From NCBI RefSeq assembly GCF_009914755.1, contig NC_060930.1: 64,000 nt of DNA. One strand, given 5' to 3'. The stretch is from the human T2T-CHM13v2.0 reference genome, Homo sapiens. The notes under the pieces were generated by a model, which saw only the letters and a list, made by a program, of their open reading frames with translations, had not been told where the DNA came from and did not search any database. The position numbers were made by a program, and so were the translations under genes. Below are positions 40,150-55,032 of the stretch, piece after piece (the stretch's first letter is position 1; the number at the start of each line of letters is the position of its first letter).

Positions 40150-40863
40150 TGTGGCAATTATTAAGGAAATATAATTAAAAACAAAACAAAATACTCTTCC
40201 AACACAGAAAACCTCTTCACAAAGGGAGAAGAGAAAGAAAATAATTTATTATTAAATGAACATTTAACTAGAATGTGATATGAATCTCAGGCAATCCACT
40301 AAAAGATTGCAAAGACAGAAAGAAATCTCACCATTTTATACAGCCAAGCAGATACAACTCATTAAATACATGTTCTCAAGATAAACAATAAATAACTAGT
40401 TCTCAGATGAGACTACGTAAAGTGCCATTTGCCACATATAGTTTATTCTGTTTACTTGATAATTGCACTTACTACCTGTGTTAGCTATTTGGCTTTATCG
40501 CCCCCAAAATAAACTTTTTAAAATCTTTATGACAAGAGTTAGTTTTGCAACTTGAAGGCCAGCTCAGTCAGAGTTAGGTTCCATCCTTCCCACAGACAGA
40601 AAGAGTAGGGCCACTATCTTCCTTGATTATGACATTTCAAAGTGATGGTTCCCAGGTACTTGAGAAAGACAACCCTTATTCTTAAGGCTTGCAAGAGGTT
40701 TATTTAGCTTTCTACAAAATCTACATGCATTTCCAAGAAACAGGGGAATAACTTAGAAATTCAACTTTTCCAAAGTAAATACTCTAAGATAAGGAAAAAT
40801 ATCTTCCTATACTTTCAATAGGGAGAATTAAGGTTCTTTTATTTGTATTTGTTCTTATGTAAC
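40150..40863 (-). mobile_element. MER67 (MER67C-like) ERV1 LTR
   Basis: cagaaaacctcttcacaaaggg...attgcaaagacagaaagaaatctcacc...tttcaatagggagaattaagg. Confidence 0.72.
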
Positions 40864-40927
40864 ATAAGTCAAATTCATTTAGTCCATCTCCAAAGTTACT
40901 TTAAAAATTAAAGTCCAATTTTTAAAT

Positions 40928-40928
<1 letters not shown>

Positions 40929-40958
<30 letters not shown>
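40929..40958. repeat. (CA)15 microsatellite
   Basis: Direct inspection. Confidence 0.97.
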
Positions 40959-40960
<2 letters not shown>

Positions 40961-41429
40961 ACATTCATCCTAGAAAATTCAATCCTAAGGTTACCTGTTT
41001 GTTAAGATCATACCTAGTGTGGACTTAAAATCTGAAGTAAAACTATCCCCCATTTTTCCTATTGTACACATCATTCATTTTAAAGATGCCTTGGATCTCA
41101 ATTTTCTCTTGTGGTTGCTACAATGAAGAAGAACAAATGTTCAACAGGGCATGCTTTCTCATGCCTTTAATATAGACTTTCAATTCTGGGGCATGCAGGA
41201 GCTAAATCTTAATTTTCTTACATCAGACCAGAGGGTAGTTAAAACTATGACTGCATACCAACACTCATCGTAATACATGTCATTCCATATGAATTCAGAA
41301 GTCACAATATTATCTGATCTTCTATATTATCATCTTAAGTATTCATGCATGAGTTTGATTTTTTTCTATTTTAAAAGTGCTTATATAATTTTTTTAAATG
41401 TGTACTTTTATTTAGGTTTTCTGCAAGGC

Positions 41430-41731
<302 letters not shown>

Positions 41732-42169
41732 CAGGAGTATTTTAATGGAGTGCTGAAAGCCAAAATACATTGTATGAAATGATCCTTCCAGTTTTTCCTT
41801 GGCACCAATTTCCCATTCCATTTCTTCAGAATAACATAGGCTTTGCATAATGGCTTACTACTGTACCATTTCACTGTTTTACAGCTAAGGAATTTAACTT
41901 TAGTTCTGCAATTTCGGTTCTGTCAAGAGTGCAACTGTTACATCCCCTTGCATTGATTCTGGCAATTCCAATTAAACATGTTTGTTTCATGCAAGATTTC
42001 CCTTAAGAAAATCCTTTCAAGTATTAAATTGTCTTTTTGTCACTAATGAGGAGGACACTGTTATTTAACCCCTTATGATTTCCTCTGCCTCTCTCTCTCT
42101 TTTTCCTTTTTTCTTTCTCTTCTTCCTTCTTAAAATTTTTTGAGCTTTGAATTTTGTCATTTTATACAT

Positions 42170-42850
42170 TTTACTTTGTATTCATTTGAAATGTTTTAGA
42201 CGTAATTTGCAGTTAAGCCAACCCATATTACAAGAAACTTAATAAAACTAATGACATTAATTTTAAAACATAGTTTATAATACTTATGATCTGCACAAGA
42301 TGTAAAGTATAATACAACAAACATATCTATATCCAACAGACAATGTAAGAAAAAGTATTAGCAATACCACGTATTCCTTTCTAATTATATTATTATCTTA
42401 GCTTCCCAAAGGTAATTGCTAGAAGAAATTATTCTACTCAAACCTCTTTACATTTTCTTAGGTATAATACTGTAAATGATTATCAAAAAGTAAATGTGTA
42501 TGTGTATAATTATTCTGCCTCTTGAGTATAAAATATTTTATACTTATCTCTGTGAGAATCATCTATGTATAAACTTATTAAACAAATGGCTCTAACCTAT
42601 TTCTTTTTATTGCTCATTAGGATTTCATTAAATGAGTAAACTGCATGTAATTAAGCTTACAATACACACTTAGTATTCTCCCATTGTTTACTGTTAAACG
42701 TAATGGTACTATTAACGTTGTCATACATATTATTATGTATATTTGCTAGGTTTCTGAAGCAAAAAATTAGAAAAAGAAATTGAAAAAAATAAAATATTCA
42801 CTTACTAAATGTAGGTAAGTCTAACATATTTTTCTTTAAATCTTTAACAT
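42170..42850 (-). mobile_element. Very old L1ME-like 3' fragment
   Basis: Degenerate motifs (acaacaaacatatctatatccaac...tgtgagaatcatctatg...aatggtactattaacgttgtcatacatat). Confidence 0.4.
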
Positions 42851-44247
42851 TAATACTAATGTGCCCAAAAAGTCTTCTCTACATCAGGGATATTACAGGA
42901 AACTATTCTTTAAATATAAATCATAAACCTATGGTAAATAAACTAAACTTTTATATTATTTTGAGAGTTTTTCCTCTTTCATTGGAATTCAAGTTCTTCT
43001 TATCTGTTAACTAGTTAGCAATTGCTGATCAACTCAATTACAGGTTCCAGTTTGGTTTAAACAAAAGAAGTTTTCTACACAGTTTATATTTTACTTTTAT
43101 TTTTGTTTAGACATTTCTCAATATTTATTAGGACTAGATAATTCTAGTGTATGTACATAATGATCAATAAACTTTCAAATTTTACCAAGAAAAGGGAGGA
43201 AGAATAAAAAAGAAGAAGAAAAAAGAAAAGCAATGGGAGATGGTTTTAGACATATCTAAATTATCATTATAAAATGCTAATTATTTTCCTCCTGTAAGGA
43301 ATGAACAAAGGTTAAATACAGGAACTCCATTATGAGACAATCACACAAAGAGAGTTATTATAGTTGTTTTAAATAATATTGTCTCTGTTTTAGACAAACA
43401 TATAATCTAACCAGGGCTTCTTCCCATTTTCTTCAAAGGTAACTTCCAAATGAACAATCTTGCCCATGTCAAAGTAATAAGAAAGTTAAGCAAGGCTGCT
43501 AGTTAAGCAAGAATACTAGATGAATATAGAAAAATAATTAGCAGTTCTAAACACTAGAAATCACAATTTGTATAATTGAAACAAAATAGACTTAAAATAT
43601 TTAAAAATTCAGAATATTTTATTATTGGCTCATTTGGGTTTTGGGGTAGAGAATTAGAGATGACATGAGATCATCTTAATTTGGGGAGAATACATGGTAC
43701 TTTCATCTATATTTGCTGGTAGTAAGTTTGGAGTGGGTCACTCTTGCCAATTAGTGAATTTGTTTTACATAGAAAACAATATTTATAGTCATTTAGAAAC
43801 ACTTCAATTTACAAATGCTCACAATTCTGTGAGGATGTTCAAAAAAATGCAATAATATAAAGTGGGATAAGTGAAAAGCCATAATTAGCAATAGAAAGTA
43901 ACTTCTTGCTGCTCAAATATAAAAAAGTGATTTTTAAGTACTTAACTTTTCATAAATGGATATATGATCATAAACTAAGAATTGAGGGTTTTAGTTAGAA
44001 AATGGATTACAATCAATAATTTTATATAAAATCCAATATCTAAATTTTTTTATGTAAAAGCGTTTGGAAAATGTTAGGGGGCATTTAGTCCATAGAAAAC
44101 CAGGATGCCGGACTTGTCCAGGGGCAACTGAGCTTTGCCTTGGTGTTCTTGCCCCTGTAGGGTTATTGGCTCACTGCTATAGAGCTTATTAGAAAACAAG
44201 AAGATCTTCATATTTTTAAATATTTACTTTTATAAATATCAAGTACA

Positions 44248-44840
44248 GAAAAAGTAACTATCAACAGAGTAAACAGACAACCTACAGAATGGGAGAAAAT
44301 ATTTGCAAACTATGCATCCAACAAAGGTCTAATATCCAGCATCTATAAGGAACTTAAATAAATTTACAAGAGAAAAACAAACAACCCTATTAAAAGGTGG
44401 AAAAAGGACATGAACAGACACTTCTCAAAAGAAGACCTCAATGGTAGACTGGATGAAGAAAATGTGGTGCATATACACTATAGAATACCATGAAGCCATA
44501 AAAAAAGAACGAGATTATGTCCTTGGCAGGAACATGGATGAAGCAGGAGGCCATTATTCCTATCAAACCAGTGCAGGAACAGAAAACCTAATACTGCATG
44601 TTCTCACTTGTAAGTGGGAGCTAAATGATAACACATGGACAGAAAGAAGGGAGCAACAGAAACTGGGGCCTAAAAGAGGATGGAGGGTGGAAGGAAGTAG
44701 AGGAGCAGAAAAAATAACTATTGATTACTAGGCTTAGTACTGGGGTGACAAAATAATCTGTACAACAAACCCCGATGATGCAAGTTTAAAACAAACTTGC
44801 ACATGTACCCTTGAACCTTAAATAAAAGTATAAAAAAGAG
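44248..44840 (+). mobile_element. Old primate L1 3' end with internal deletion
   Basis: ORF2 end (acagacaacctacagaatgggagaaaat) jumps at ~44437 (gaagac|ctcaatggtagactgg) to the 3' UTR; A-rich tail. Confidence 0.9.
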
Positions 44841-45302
44841 AACAAAACAATAGGAATACAGTCTTCAATAATAAAGTTCAGGGACATAGACTGAATGTGG
44901 CATTTTATTAATACTGGCAATCTTATAAGCAACAGCCTACCCAAGGGAATCAAAGGGAAGAAGACATTTCTCATGATATGTTACAACTAGTTTATCCTAC
45001 ATAGTTGCCTATCTGTCATTATATTCTACATGTTTGAAGGAGAAAAAGCCACTTATGACACTGTGTGTTGTTCCTTCCTGATAACATATAATATGCTCAT
45101 TTAACACTAAAACTACTATTACTGAAAGTAATCCAGAATTACAAGTTTAGGTCTAATGTAAGACCAGTTTAGTGAAAATTGTCAAAAATTAAGTACAGTA
45201 TGCATATATATTCAAAAATATTAACAGTTTTTATAAATAAAATGAATAAGATTACTTTGGTACTCATATACAATTGACAAGCATTGTTGATGTTATGAAA
45301 CT

Positions 45303-46343
45303 TGTTGCAGGAAGTCAGAGACCCCAAATGGAGAGACCGGCTGGAGCTGCGGCAGAAGAACATAAATTGTGAAGATTTCACATTAATATGGACATTTATC
45401 AGTTCCCAAATAATACTTTTATAATTTCTTATGCCTGTCTTTACTTAATCTCTTAATCCTGTTATCTTCATAAGCAGAGGATGTATGTCACCTCAGGACC
45501 ACTGTGATAATTGTGTTAACTGTACAAATTGATTGTAAAACGTGTGTTTGAACAATATTAAATCAGTGCACCTTGGAAAAGAACAGAATAACAGAAATTT
45601 TTATGGAATAAGGGAAGACAACCAAAAGGTCTGACTGCCTGTGGGGTTGGGCAATAAGAGCCATATTTTTCTTCTTGCAGAGAGCCTATAAATGGATGTG
45701 CAAGTAGGAAAGATATTGCTAAATTCTTTTCCTAGCAAGGAATATGAATATTGGTACCCTGGGAAAGGAATGTGTTCCTTGGGGGAGGTCTATAAATGGC
45801 TGCTCTGGGAATGGTTTGTCTTGTGCAGTTGAGATAAGGACTGAGATACGCCCTCGTCTCCTGCAGAACCCTCAGGCTTACTAGGGTTGGGAAACTCCAC
45901 CCTGGTAAATATGTGGTCAGACCGGTTCCCTGCTCTCAAACCCTATGTTCTGTTGTTTGAGATGTTTATCAAGACAATACGTGCACCACTGAACATGGAC
46001 CCTTATCAGTGGTTCTGCTTTTGCCCTTTGTCCTGTTCCCTCAGAAGCATGTGATCTTTGTTAGACCCTTATTAGTAGTTCTGCTTTTTGCCCTTTGAAG
46101 CATGTGATCTTTGTACCTACTCCCTGTTCTTACACCCCCACCCCTTTTGAAACCCTTAATAAAAACTTGCTGGTCTGAGACTCAGGCGGGCATCACGGTC
46201 CTATCGATATGTGATATCACCCCCGGCGGCCCAGCTGTAAAATTCCTCTCTTTGTACTGTCTCTCTTTATTTCTCAGCCAGCTGACACTTACGGAAAATA
46301 GAAAGAACCTATGTTGAAATACTGGGGGTGGGTTCCCCCAATA
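45303..46343 (+). mobile_element. MER11A solo LTR (HERV-K11/HML-8)
   Basis: Starts tgttgcaggaagtcagagacccc and ends ggttcccccaata; perfect 6-bp TSD gaaact at 45297-45302 and 46344-46349. Confidence 0.93.
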
Positions 46344-46629
46344 GAAACTTTGAATAATTAATGCTTCTAATTGAATTCAATATTATAGCTTTTATTTAAA
46401 TGGCCCTATAAATTCCAATTAATAAAGTGTTTCTCCCACAAATTAAAGAAAATTATAAGCAATATTGTTAGAATATTTATAATAATTGAAATATCTATAT
46501 ATATTTACATTATTAAATTTGGCTTTTAAGTACTTATGCCAAGTTGAACTAGTTCTGAAATATATTTTGTGAAATGTATAAGTGGAGTACCTTATAATCA
46601 TATTCTTTATATCATAATTTATAGTATAA

Positions 46630-47046
<417 letters not shown>

Positions 47047-48095
47047 TAAGCAATCCTTAGCATCCAACATCCAGTATACTTCCAAATTAATGCAATATTG
47101 TGACAAGATTACTTTAAAATTAGCTATGGGATCATCAGAGTTAAACTTCAGTTTGTCACATAAAGCAACGTATTTATTCTTTAGCACCTCAATTTGTTCT
47201 AAAATTAAACAACTCCTGACATAACTTCATCAAGTGAAGATCAAACCTTTTTTTTTTGTATATAGACATTTGTCTTGGATGTGTCATTTAAGAATGATGA
47301 AAATCCATTGACTTGGAAGAAAATATTTTACATTTTTTATTAATGTAAAACAAAATATAATGAGAAAATTAGAAATAACTATCAATTTATTTCAATTCAT
47401 AGGTGTTTGGACTGGACATCTATTTCTAGATTTTTTAAAATTATTTACAAGTTCTAAGGTACATAATGGGACCTCCCAGGAAATAATTTTTTCATTGGTT
47501 AAAGGAGATGGCTTGTACATTTCTTAGAATGCTCATTCATGAAAATAAGAATTGCATTTTATAAAGTAAGTGTTATGTTAACAGGCATTCCAAAACATTC
47601 ATGACATGTGAACATATTGATTCCTTTTGCAGTGACATACACTCCAACAGAAATGGGCATGGAACAAACATAGATACTTAAGAAAACCCCAGACTCACCC
47701 AGACCTTGCCATGTTCCTAATACCTGAAGTGGAAATCCATGTTTTTCCTTACATTACTTAACTTATTCTTGTTCACATGTTGAGGGTATGGCAAATTATA
47801 AATACATACATATTAAATCATTTGTTCACACAAAAATGTTAGAATCACGATTTTCAACTGCACATATTTGGAAATATCCAAAAATACTTTTATATTATAT
47901 AATTCATGAATATACCTCATAAGCCAATATACAGTATTATTAGAACAATAATTAATGTCATTAATTCAAGGTAATTACAAACTCATCAAACTTTGATCAT
48001 TCATTTGGCCTTTAATTTTAAACGTTTAACACATTAAATTTCAATAATTAAGTTTTATATTAATCTTAAGGATCACATGAGTATTGCATTCAGAT

Positions 48096-48135
48096 ATCAT
48101 CATCATCATCATCATCATCCTCACCATCATCATCA
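48096..48135. repeat. (CAT)n trinucleotide microsatellite, interrupted
   Basis: Direct inspection. Confidence 0.93.
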
Positions 48136-48187
48136 ACTATTATTTTAAACAAAAGAACATTGGTACATAATTATAATATAAGCAACA

Positions 48188-48497
48188 GCCAGGTGCTGTG
48201 GCTCATGCCTGCAATCCCAGCTCTTTGGGAGGCCAAGGTGAGCAGATCACCAGATCAAGAGATGGAGACCATCCTGGCCAATGTAGTGAAAGCGCGTCTC
48301 TACAAAAAATACAAAAAAAAGAAAAAAGAAAAATTAGCCGGATGTGGTGGCAGGAACCTGTAGTCCCAGCTACTCAGGAAGCTGAGGCAGGAGAATCACT
48401 TGAATCCAGGAGGTGGAGGTTGCAATGAGCCAAGATTGTGCCACTGCACTCCAGCCTGGGTGACAGAGCGAGACTCCGTCTCAATAAAAAAAAAAAA
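48188..48497 (+). mobile_element. AluS (AluSc-like)
   Basis: Full dimer; TSD aagcaaca at 48180-48187 and 48498-48505. Confidence 0.93.
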
Positions 48498-48750
48498 AAG
48501 CAACAAGACACCATGAAGTATACTAAGATGTAGAGAGATTTGATGAATGTTGTGTTTGGAAATATATTACTGTAGCTGAAATAAGGGAAAAGGAATAGGC
48601 CTGAAATCAGGTACAGTGGATTGGAGGCTCTTAAGCTAAGTAATCAGGGCTACAATTAGTATAACCTAAACAGAAGAGTTTTCAGTAAAGAAAAGTGATT
48701 TTGAGAAACAAACCAGAAAACAAGTGTAAAGTCAAAAAAGATACTTGGGA

Positions 48751-48876
48751 CACAAAGGAACTTTATCCTCTTTATAATTGTATTAAAAACTAAACATGCT
48801 AAATAAAGTCCACAACGGAACTTTATCATCTTTATAATTGTATTAAAAACTAAACATGCTAATTAAAGTCCACAAC
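48751..48876. repeat. 60-bp tandem duplication
   Basis: 48751-48810 versus 48811-48870: 57/60 identical; cacaa at each boundary. Confidence 0.96.
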
Positions 48877-48904
48877 ATAATTTAGCAAATGAAGGCCTTC
48901 AAGA

Positions 48905-49089
48905 GCAGGCAGCTACCTGTTGTTATAAATAAAGTTTTATTAGAACACTAATAGTCACACCCATTAGTTTGTGTATTGTCCATGGCTGCTTTTGAGCTAT
49001 AAGGGCAGAGTTCAGGGTTGTGACAAAGACCACATATGTATGAAACCTAACATACATATTATTTGCCCTTTACAGAGAAAGTATACTGA
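48905..49089 (+). mobile_element. MER58A-like hAT-Charlie element
   Basis: tataaataaagttttattagaacac...tattgtccatggctgctttt...gccctttacagagaaagt. Confidence 0.8.
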
Positions 49090-49989
49090 AGATAAAATAT
49101 GTAAGTTTTTAGATATATTTTACTGAGGTTTTATGAGTTTTCTAATTTTTATGTTAGACTCTTCAAAATCCTGTACATATAAAACTAATCTGAATTAAGG
49201 AGTTTTCTTTTCCTTTTCTTTCTTTCTTTTTTTTTTTAATGAATAGGCCAGTAAGATATATTTTGATCTGACCTATACAGCATTTTGAGTAACATTTCTC
49301 ACAACATTCACATAAATAAATTTTGTAATAAAAATTGTAAGAAATTTTTTAATTTTGATTAACTTTTATACAGCAATTCTGTTAAGTTTAAGCCTTGCTT
49401 CATTTACATATGATTAACTAAAAGTTTAAATGGATATAACTTTGAGGAAAATTTATCAAAGAACACATCAACTAATAGTTTTAGTAGTTAACAATGATTT
49501 TATAACTATGACACTAATTGAGCTTTACAAAGTGCTTCAGACATTTATAATGTTACAAGAAATGCATTAAATGACATAAATACTAAAAGACTTTGGGCTC
49601 AATGGAATAAAATTTGAACTTTTCCACTAATTATCTGCCAGGCACTTTTATCTCCCAATCAAAAAGAAAGGTAGAATTAAATATCAAAAAGAAAAATGAA
49701 ACAATAATTTTGATAATATCTTTTATAAGCCTGAATGGATAATCCACAGTCTTATTTTTTTCCCCCTGTATTTCTGTTTATTCTGAAAATGACAGAATCT
49801 CTTACGTACAACATTGGCTTATTTCTTAGGTTGTTAAATTGCTAAAACCTAGATGCCCTTGATTCCAAAATATTAGCTAAAATCAGTTTAAAAAATTCAT
49901 TTTGTGAAATACAACTTTCTAAATGCAGCATATAATGGAGATAAACAGTTTAAGAAAAATAAAAGTCTTGTACTCATGCCCTCTAACTT

Positions 49990-50700
49990 GAGAGAGAACA
50001 TTATTACCAAAACCATAGGTGTCCCACATGGGTTCACCTACTTCTTCATGCTTTTGGTAACCATTTTCCCAATTTTTGTGTAAATTTTTTTTTTACTTAT
50101 TTTAATAGTTTTGCCAAATATACACACACATATATATATGTGGCATATGCATTAATATTATTCAGTTTTCCAAGTTTTAAAACCTTTTAAAAAGGCATTT
50201 ATTTCTATGCTTTTTTGCCCAATATTTGTTTTATTTTTATTATTTGTTTTTCATTATTTCACAGATATTTCTATTTCATCCAAATTTCATTTTGATAAGC
50301 GTAGTTGTACTTCCTTAACTTTTTATGCAAATAAAGCTCATTTATACCACTATAACAATTTATATTTATCCATTCTATAGTTGTTGGGCATTTAGTTTTT
50401 TTTTTATTTTTTAAACATCTATGAACAAATCTGTGAATATTTCTCTACATGCCTCCTGGCTCAAAGCACAAGCATTTCTCTAGGTTAAGTCCTGAACGTA
50501 AACTTTCTGTGTTGAAGAGTAAGTGCATGCTAACTTTTCTAACATAATTATACCAAGCGACCATACAACTAGTAGTATATACGAGTTTGTTCACTTTACA
50601 TCCTGCCGAAACATGGTGTTTCTTGTTTTTGTTTTGTTTAGTTTTGTTTTTAATCAGGATTGATTGTTGACATCTAACTAAATATAAGAAATTACACACA
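49990..50700 (-). mobile_element. Ancient L1ME-like fragment
   Basis: atttatccattctatagttgttgggcattt...catttctctaggttaagtcctg motifs. Confidence 0.5.
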
Positions 50701-51242
50701 AAGATTCATAGACAATTAATTTTTACATTTGGATCAACACAGCATTCCTGGAATGCTAATATTTAATTTATATTTCCATCTCTGTTTAGGATTAATATTT
50801 CCCTTGATATTTTTATCTCCTATACCACCTCTAGTTTTATTTCAACAATAAACATTTTTTAAAAAAATGTATGGTTGTGTTTACCTGTTCCATGTGGATT
50901 TCTTATTATGCTCCAGGAGCACTCTCTAGGAATTGTTCTGACCTGTGGAAACTTTTTAAGTGGAGAATCAAGTTATCTATATATGTTATAGTGTCATCAG
51001 ATTTTCTATTTCTCTCCATTCTATTTTGGCAATTTGTACATTTCAACAAATGTGTTCATTGTGCCTTTGCTTTACACTCATTATAATATCCTCTTCTTTG
51101 GCAATATTGATTTACTTGTGGTTATTAAACTTTTACATTGACAATATTGCGTTTTTTCTTTCTTCCTCCTTCCTCACCCTTCTCTTAAACTTTCCCTTCT
51201 GTCTTGCCCTCTCCACCGTCTTATTACAAAACCTGTTCTTTG

Positions 51243-51920
51243 TTTATTTTTTCTTTTATTGATAGATAATATTTTACATATTTGTGAGGTACACATGAGT
51301 GTTTGTTACATGCATAGAATGTGTAATGATGAAGTCAGGTCATTTGGGGTACCCATCACCTTGAGTATTTATCATTTCTATGTGTTGGTATAAATTCAAG
51401 TCCTCTCCTCTAGTTACTTTGAAAAATACAAAATATTGTTGCTTACTATAGTTAACATATGCTGATTTCAAACATTAGAAGTTATTTCTTCTATCTAACT
51501 ATATATTCATACCCAGTAACCAAATTCTCTTCATCCTCCCACTCTCAGCCACCTACTCTTCTCAGTCTCTGGTATCTATCATTCTGTTCTCTGTATCCAT
51601 AATACCAAGTATTGTAGCTCCCGCTTATGAGTGAAAATATGTGATATTTGTCTTTGTATGCCTGGTTTATTTCACTTAACATAATAAACTCCAGTTCCAT
51701 CTATGTTGCTGTAAATGACATGATTTCATTATTTTTTATGGCTGAATAGTATTCCATTGTTTATATATACTGCATTTAATTTATTGATTCATCTGTTGAT
51801 AGATACTTAGGTTGAATTCATATTTGCTATTGTGAGTAGTTCTGCAATAAATATGCAAATGCATATATTTCTTTGATATATTGATTTATTTTCCTTTGGA
51901 TAAATATCCAGTTGTGAGAT
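51243..51920 (-). mobile_element. L1MA 3' end
   Basis: catgcatagaatgtgtaatgatgaagtcagg...ccatcaccttgagtatttatcatttctatgtg. Confidence 0.88.
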
Positions 51921-54082
51921 AACAAAAATCAGAGCTAAACTGAAGGAGATTGAGACATGACAAACCAGTCTTAATCAATGAATCTAGCATCTGGTTTTCT
52001 GAAAAAATTAAAATAGACCACTAGCTAGACTAATAAAGAAGAAAAGAGAGACGGTTCAAATGAACACGAACAGAAATGACAAAGGGGATATCACCACTGA
52101 CTTCACAGATATACAAACAATCATCAGAAAATATTATGAACACCTCTACACACATAAACTAGAAAGTATATAAGAAATAGGTCAATTCCTGGACACATAC
52201 ACCCTCCCAAGACTAAACAAGGAAAAATTGAATCTCTGAACAGACCAATAACAAGCTCTAAAATTGAGGCAGTAATAGACTACTAACCAAAAAAGAAAAA
52301 AATTATATGACCACACAGATTCACAGCTGAATTCTACCAGATGCACAAAGAAGAGCTGGTACCATTTTTACTAACCTACTCAAAATAATTGAGGAGGAAG
52401 GACTCTTCCCTAACTCATTCTTTGAGGCCAGCATCATTCTGATACCAAAACCTGACAAAGATACAATGGCAACAACAAGACTTCAGGTCAATAACCTTAA
52501 TGAACATTGATGCAAAAATCCTCAGCAAAATGCTGGCAAACTAAATCCAGCAGAACAACAAAAAGCTTATTCAATACAATAAAGTAGGCTTTATCCCTGG
52601 GATGCAAATTTGGTTCAACATATGCAAACCAATGTGATTTATCACATAAACATAATTAAAGACAAAAACCACATAATTATCTCAATAGATGAAGAAAAGG
52701 CTTTCCATAAAATTCAACATCAATTCATGTTAAAAACTCTCAACAAACTGTGGATTGAAGGAACATACCTCCAAAAATAAGAGCCATCTATGACAAACCT
52801 ACAGGCAACATCATACTTAATCAGCAAAAGCTGGAAGCATCCCCTTTGAAAACTGGCACAAGATAAGGGTGCCCTCTCTCTCCACTACTATTCAATGTAT
52901 TATTGGATGTTCTGGCCAGGGCTATCAGGCAAAAGAAAGAAAGAAAGGCATCCAAATAGGAAAAGAGAAAGCCAAACTATCCCTGATAGCAGACAACATG
53001 ATATTAAATCTAGAAAACCAAATAGTCTCAGCCCTAAAGCTTCTTAAGCTCTTAAATAACTTCTGCATAGTCTCAGTATATAAAATCAATGTGGATAAAT
53101 ACTAGCATTTTTATACACCAACAGTCAAGCTGTGAGCCAAATCAGGAACAAACTCCCATTCACAATTGTCACAAAAAGAAAAAGTTATCTAGGAATACAG
53201 GAAATTAGGAAAGTAAAAGATCTCTCCAAGGAGAACTACAAAACTCTTCTCAAAGAAATCAGAGATAACACAAACAAATGAAAAAATATTCAATTCTCAT
53301 GCATACGAAGAATCAATATTGTAAAAATGGCCATACTCCAGAAAGCAATGTATAGATTTAATGCTATTCTATTAGACTACCACTGAAATTCTTCACAGAA
53401 CTAGAAACCCTATTTTAAAATTCATATGAAATGAAAAGGAGCCCCAGTAGCCAAGGCAATTGTAAGCAAAAGAACAAAGCTGGAGGCATCATACTATGTG
53501 ACTTCAAACTATACTACAAGGCTACAGTAACCAAAACAGCATGGTACTAGTACAAAAACAAACACATAGACCAATGGAACAGAACAGATAACGAAGAAGT
53601 ATAACTGTACACCAACAACCCTCTGATCTTCAACAAACATGACAAAAAAAGCAATGGGAAAAGAATTCGCTGTTTAATAAATGATGCTGTGATAACTGGG
53701 TAGCCATATGCAGAAGATTGAAACTGAAGCCCTTTCTTCACCATATCCAAAAATTAACTCAAGAGAGATTAAAGACTTAAATATAAAACCCAAAACTAAA
53801 AAGCCTGGAAGGCAACCTAGGCAATACTATTTTGGACAAAGGCATGGGCAAAGACTTCATGACAAACACAGCAAAAGCAATCACAACAAAAGCAAAAATT
53901 GACAAATGGGATCTAATTAAACTAAAGAGCTTCTGCACAGCAAAGTAAACTGTCAACAGAGTAAATAGATAAACTACAGAATAGAAGAAAATGTTTGCAA
54001 ACTATGCATCTGACAAAGGTCTAACATCCATCATCTACAAAGAACTTAAACAAATTCACAAGAAAAAATCAAACAACCGATT

Positions 54083-54580
54083 TGTGATGGTTAATACTGA
54101 AGGTCAACTTGATTGTATTGAAGGATGCAATGTATTGTTCCTGGATGTGTCTGTGAGGGTGTTGCTAAAGGAGATGAACATCTGATTCAGTGGGCTGGAG
54201 AAGACAAACCCACCCTTAATCTGGTGCACACAGTCTAATCAGCTGCCAGCGAATATAAAGCAGGCAGAAAAACTTGAAAAGGTGAGACTGGCCTAGCCTC
54301 CTAGACTCCACCTTTCTCCCATGCTGGATGCTTCCTGCCCTCGAACATTGGACTCGAAGTTCTTCAGTTTTGGAACTCAGACTGGCTCTCCCTGATCCTC
54401 AGCCTGCAGATGGCCTGCTGTGGGACCTTGTGATCATGTGAGTTAATACTTAATAAACTCCACTTTATATATATATTATATATATTATAATGAACTATAT
54501 AATATGTATTATACATATTACAATGAAAAAATATATATTTTCCATTAGTTCTGTCCCTCTAGAACATTCTGACTAATACA
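54083..54580 (+). mobile_element. MLT2A (MLT2A1/A2) HERV-L solo LTR nested in L1
   Basis: tgtgatggttaatactga...ctgactaataca; degraded 5-bp TSD cgatt / ccagt (L1 consensus ccatt). Confidence 0.9.
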
Positions 54581-54928
54581 CCAGTAAAAAGTGGGCAAAA
54601 GACACAAACAGACACTTTTCAAAAGAAGACATACATGGGGCCAACAATTATATAAAAAACAGCTCAACATCACTGATTATTAGAGAAATGCAAATCAAAA
54701 CCACAATGAGTTACAATCTCACACCTGTCAGATAGGCTATTAATAAAAAGTCAAAAAATAACAGATGCTAGGGAGGTTGTGGTATATAAGCAAATGCTTA
54801 TACACCATTGGTGGGAGTGTAAATTAGTTCAATCATTGTGGAAGATGCTCTGGCGATTCCTCAAAGACCTAAAGACAGAAATACCATTCAACCCAGCAAT
54901 CACATTACTCAGCATATACACAAAGGAA

Positions 54929-55032
54929 TATAAATTATATTATATAAATTATTATATAATATATATTATATATATAATATATTATATATAATATTATATA
55001 TATTATAATATTATATATAATATATTATATTA
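54929..55032. repeat. ~100-bp pure A/T low-complexity expansion inside L1
   Basis: Direct inspection. Confidence 0.9.

Noticed and set aside
44120-44158. 9-bp inverted repeat caggggcaa / ttgcccctg in a GC-richer patch
   Set aside because: Expected by chance in 64 kb
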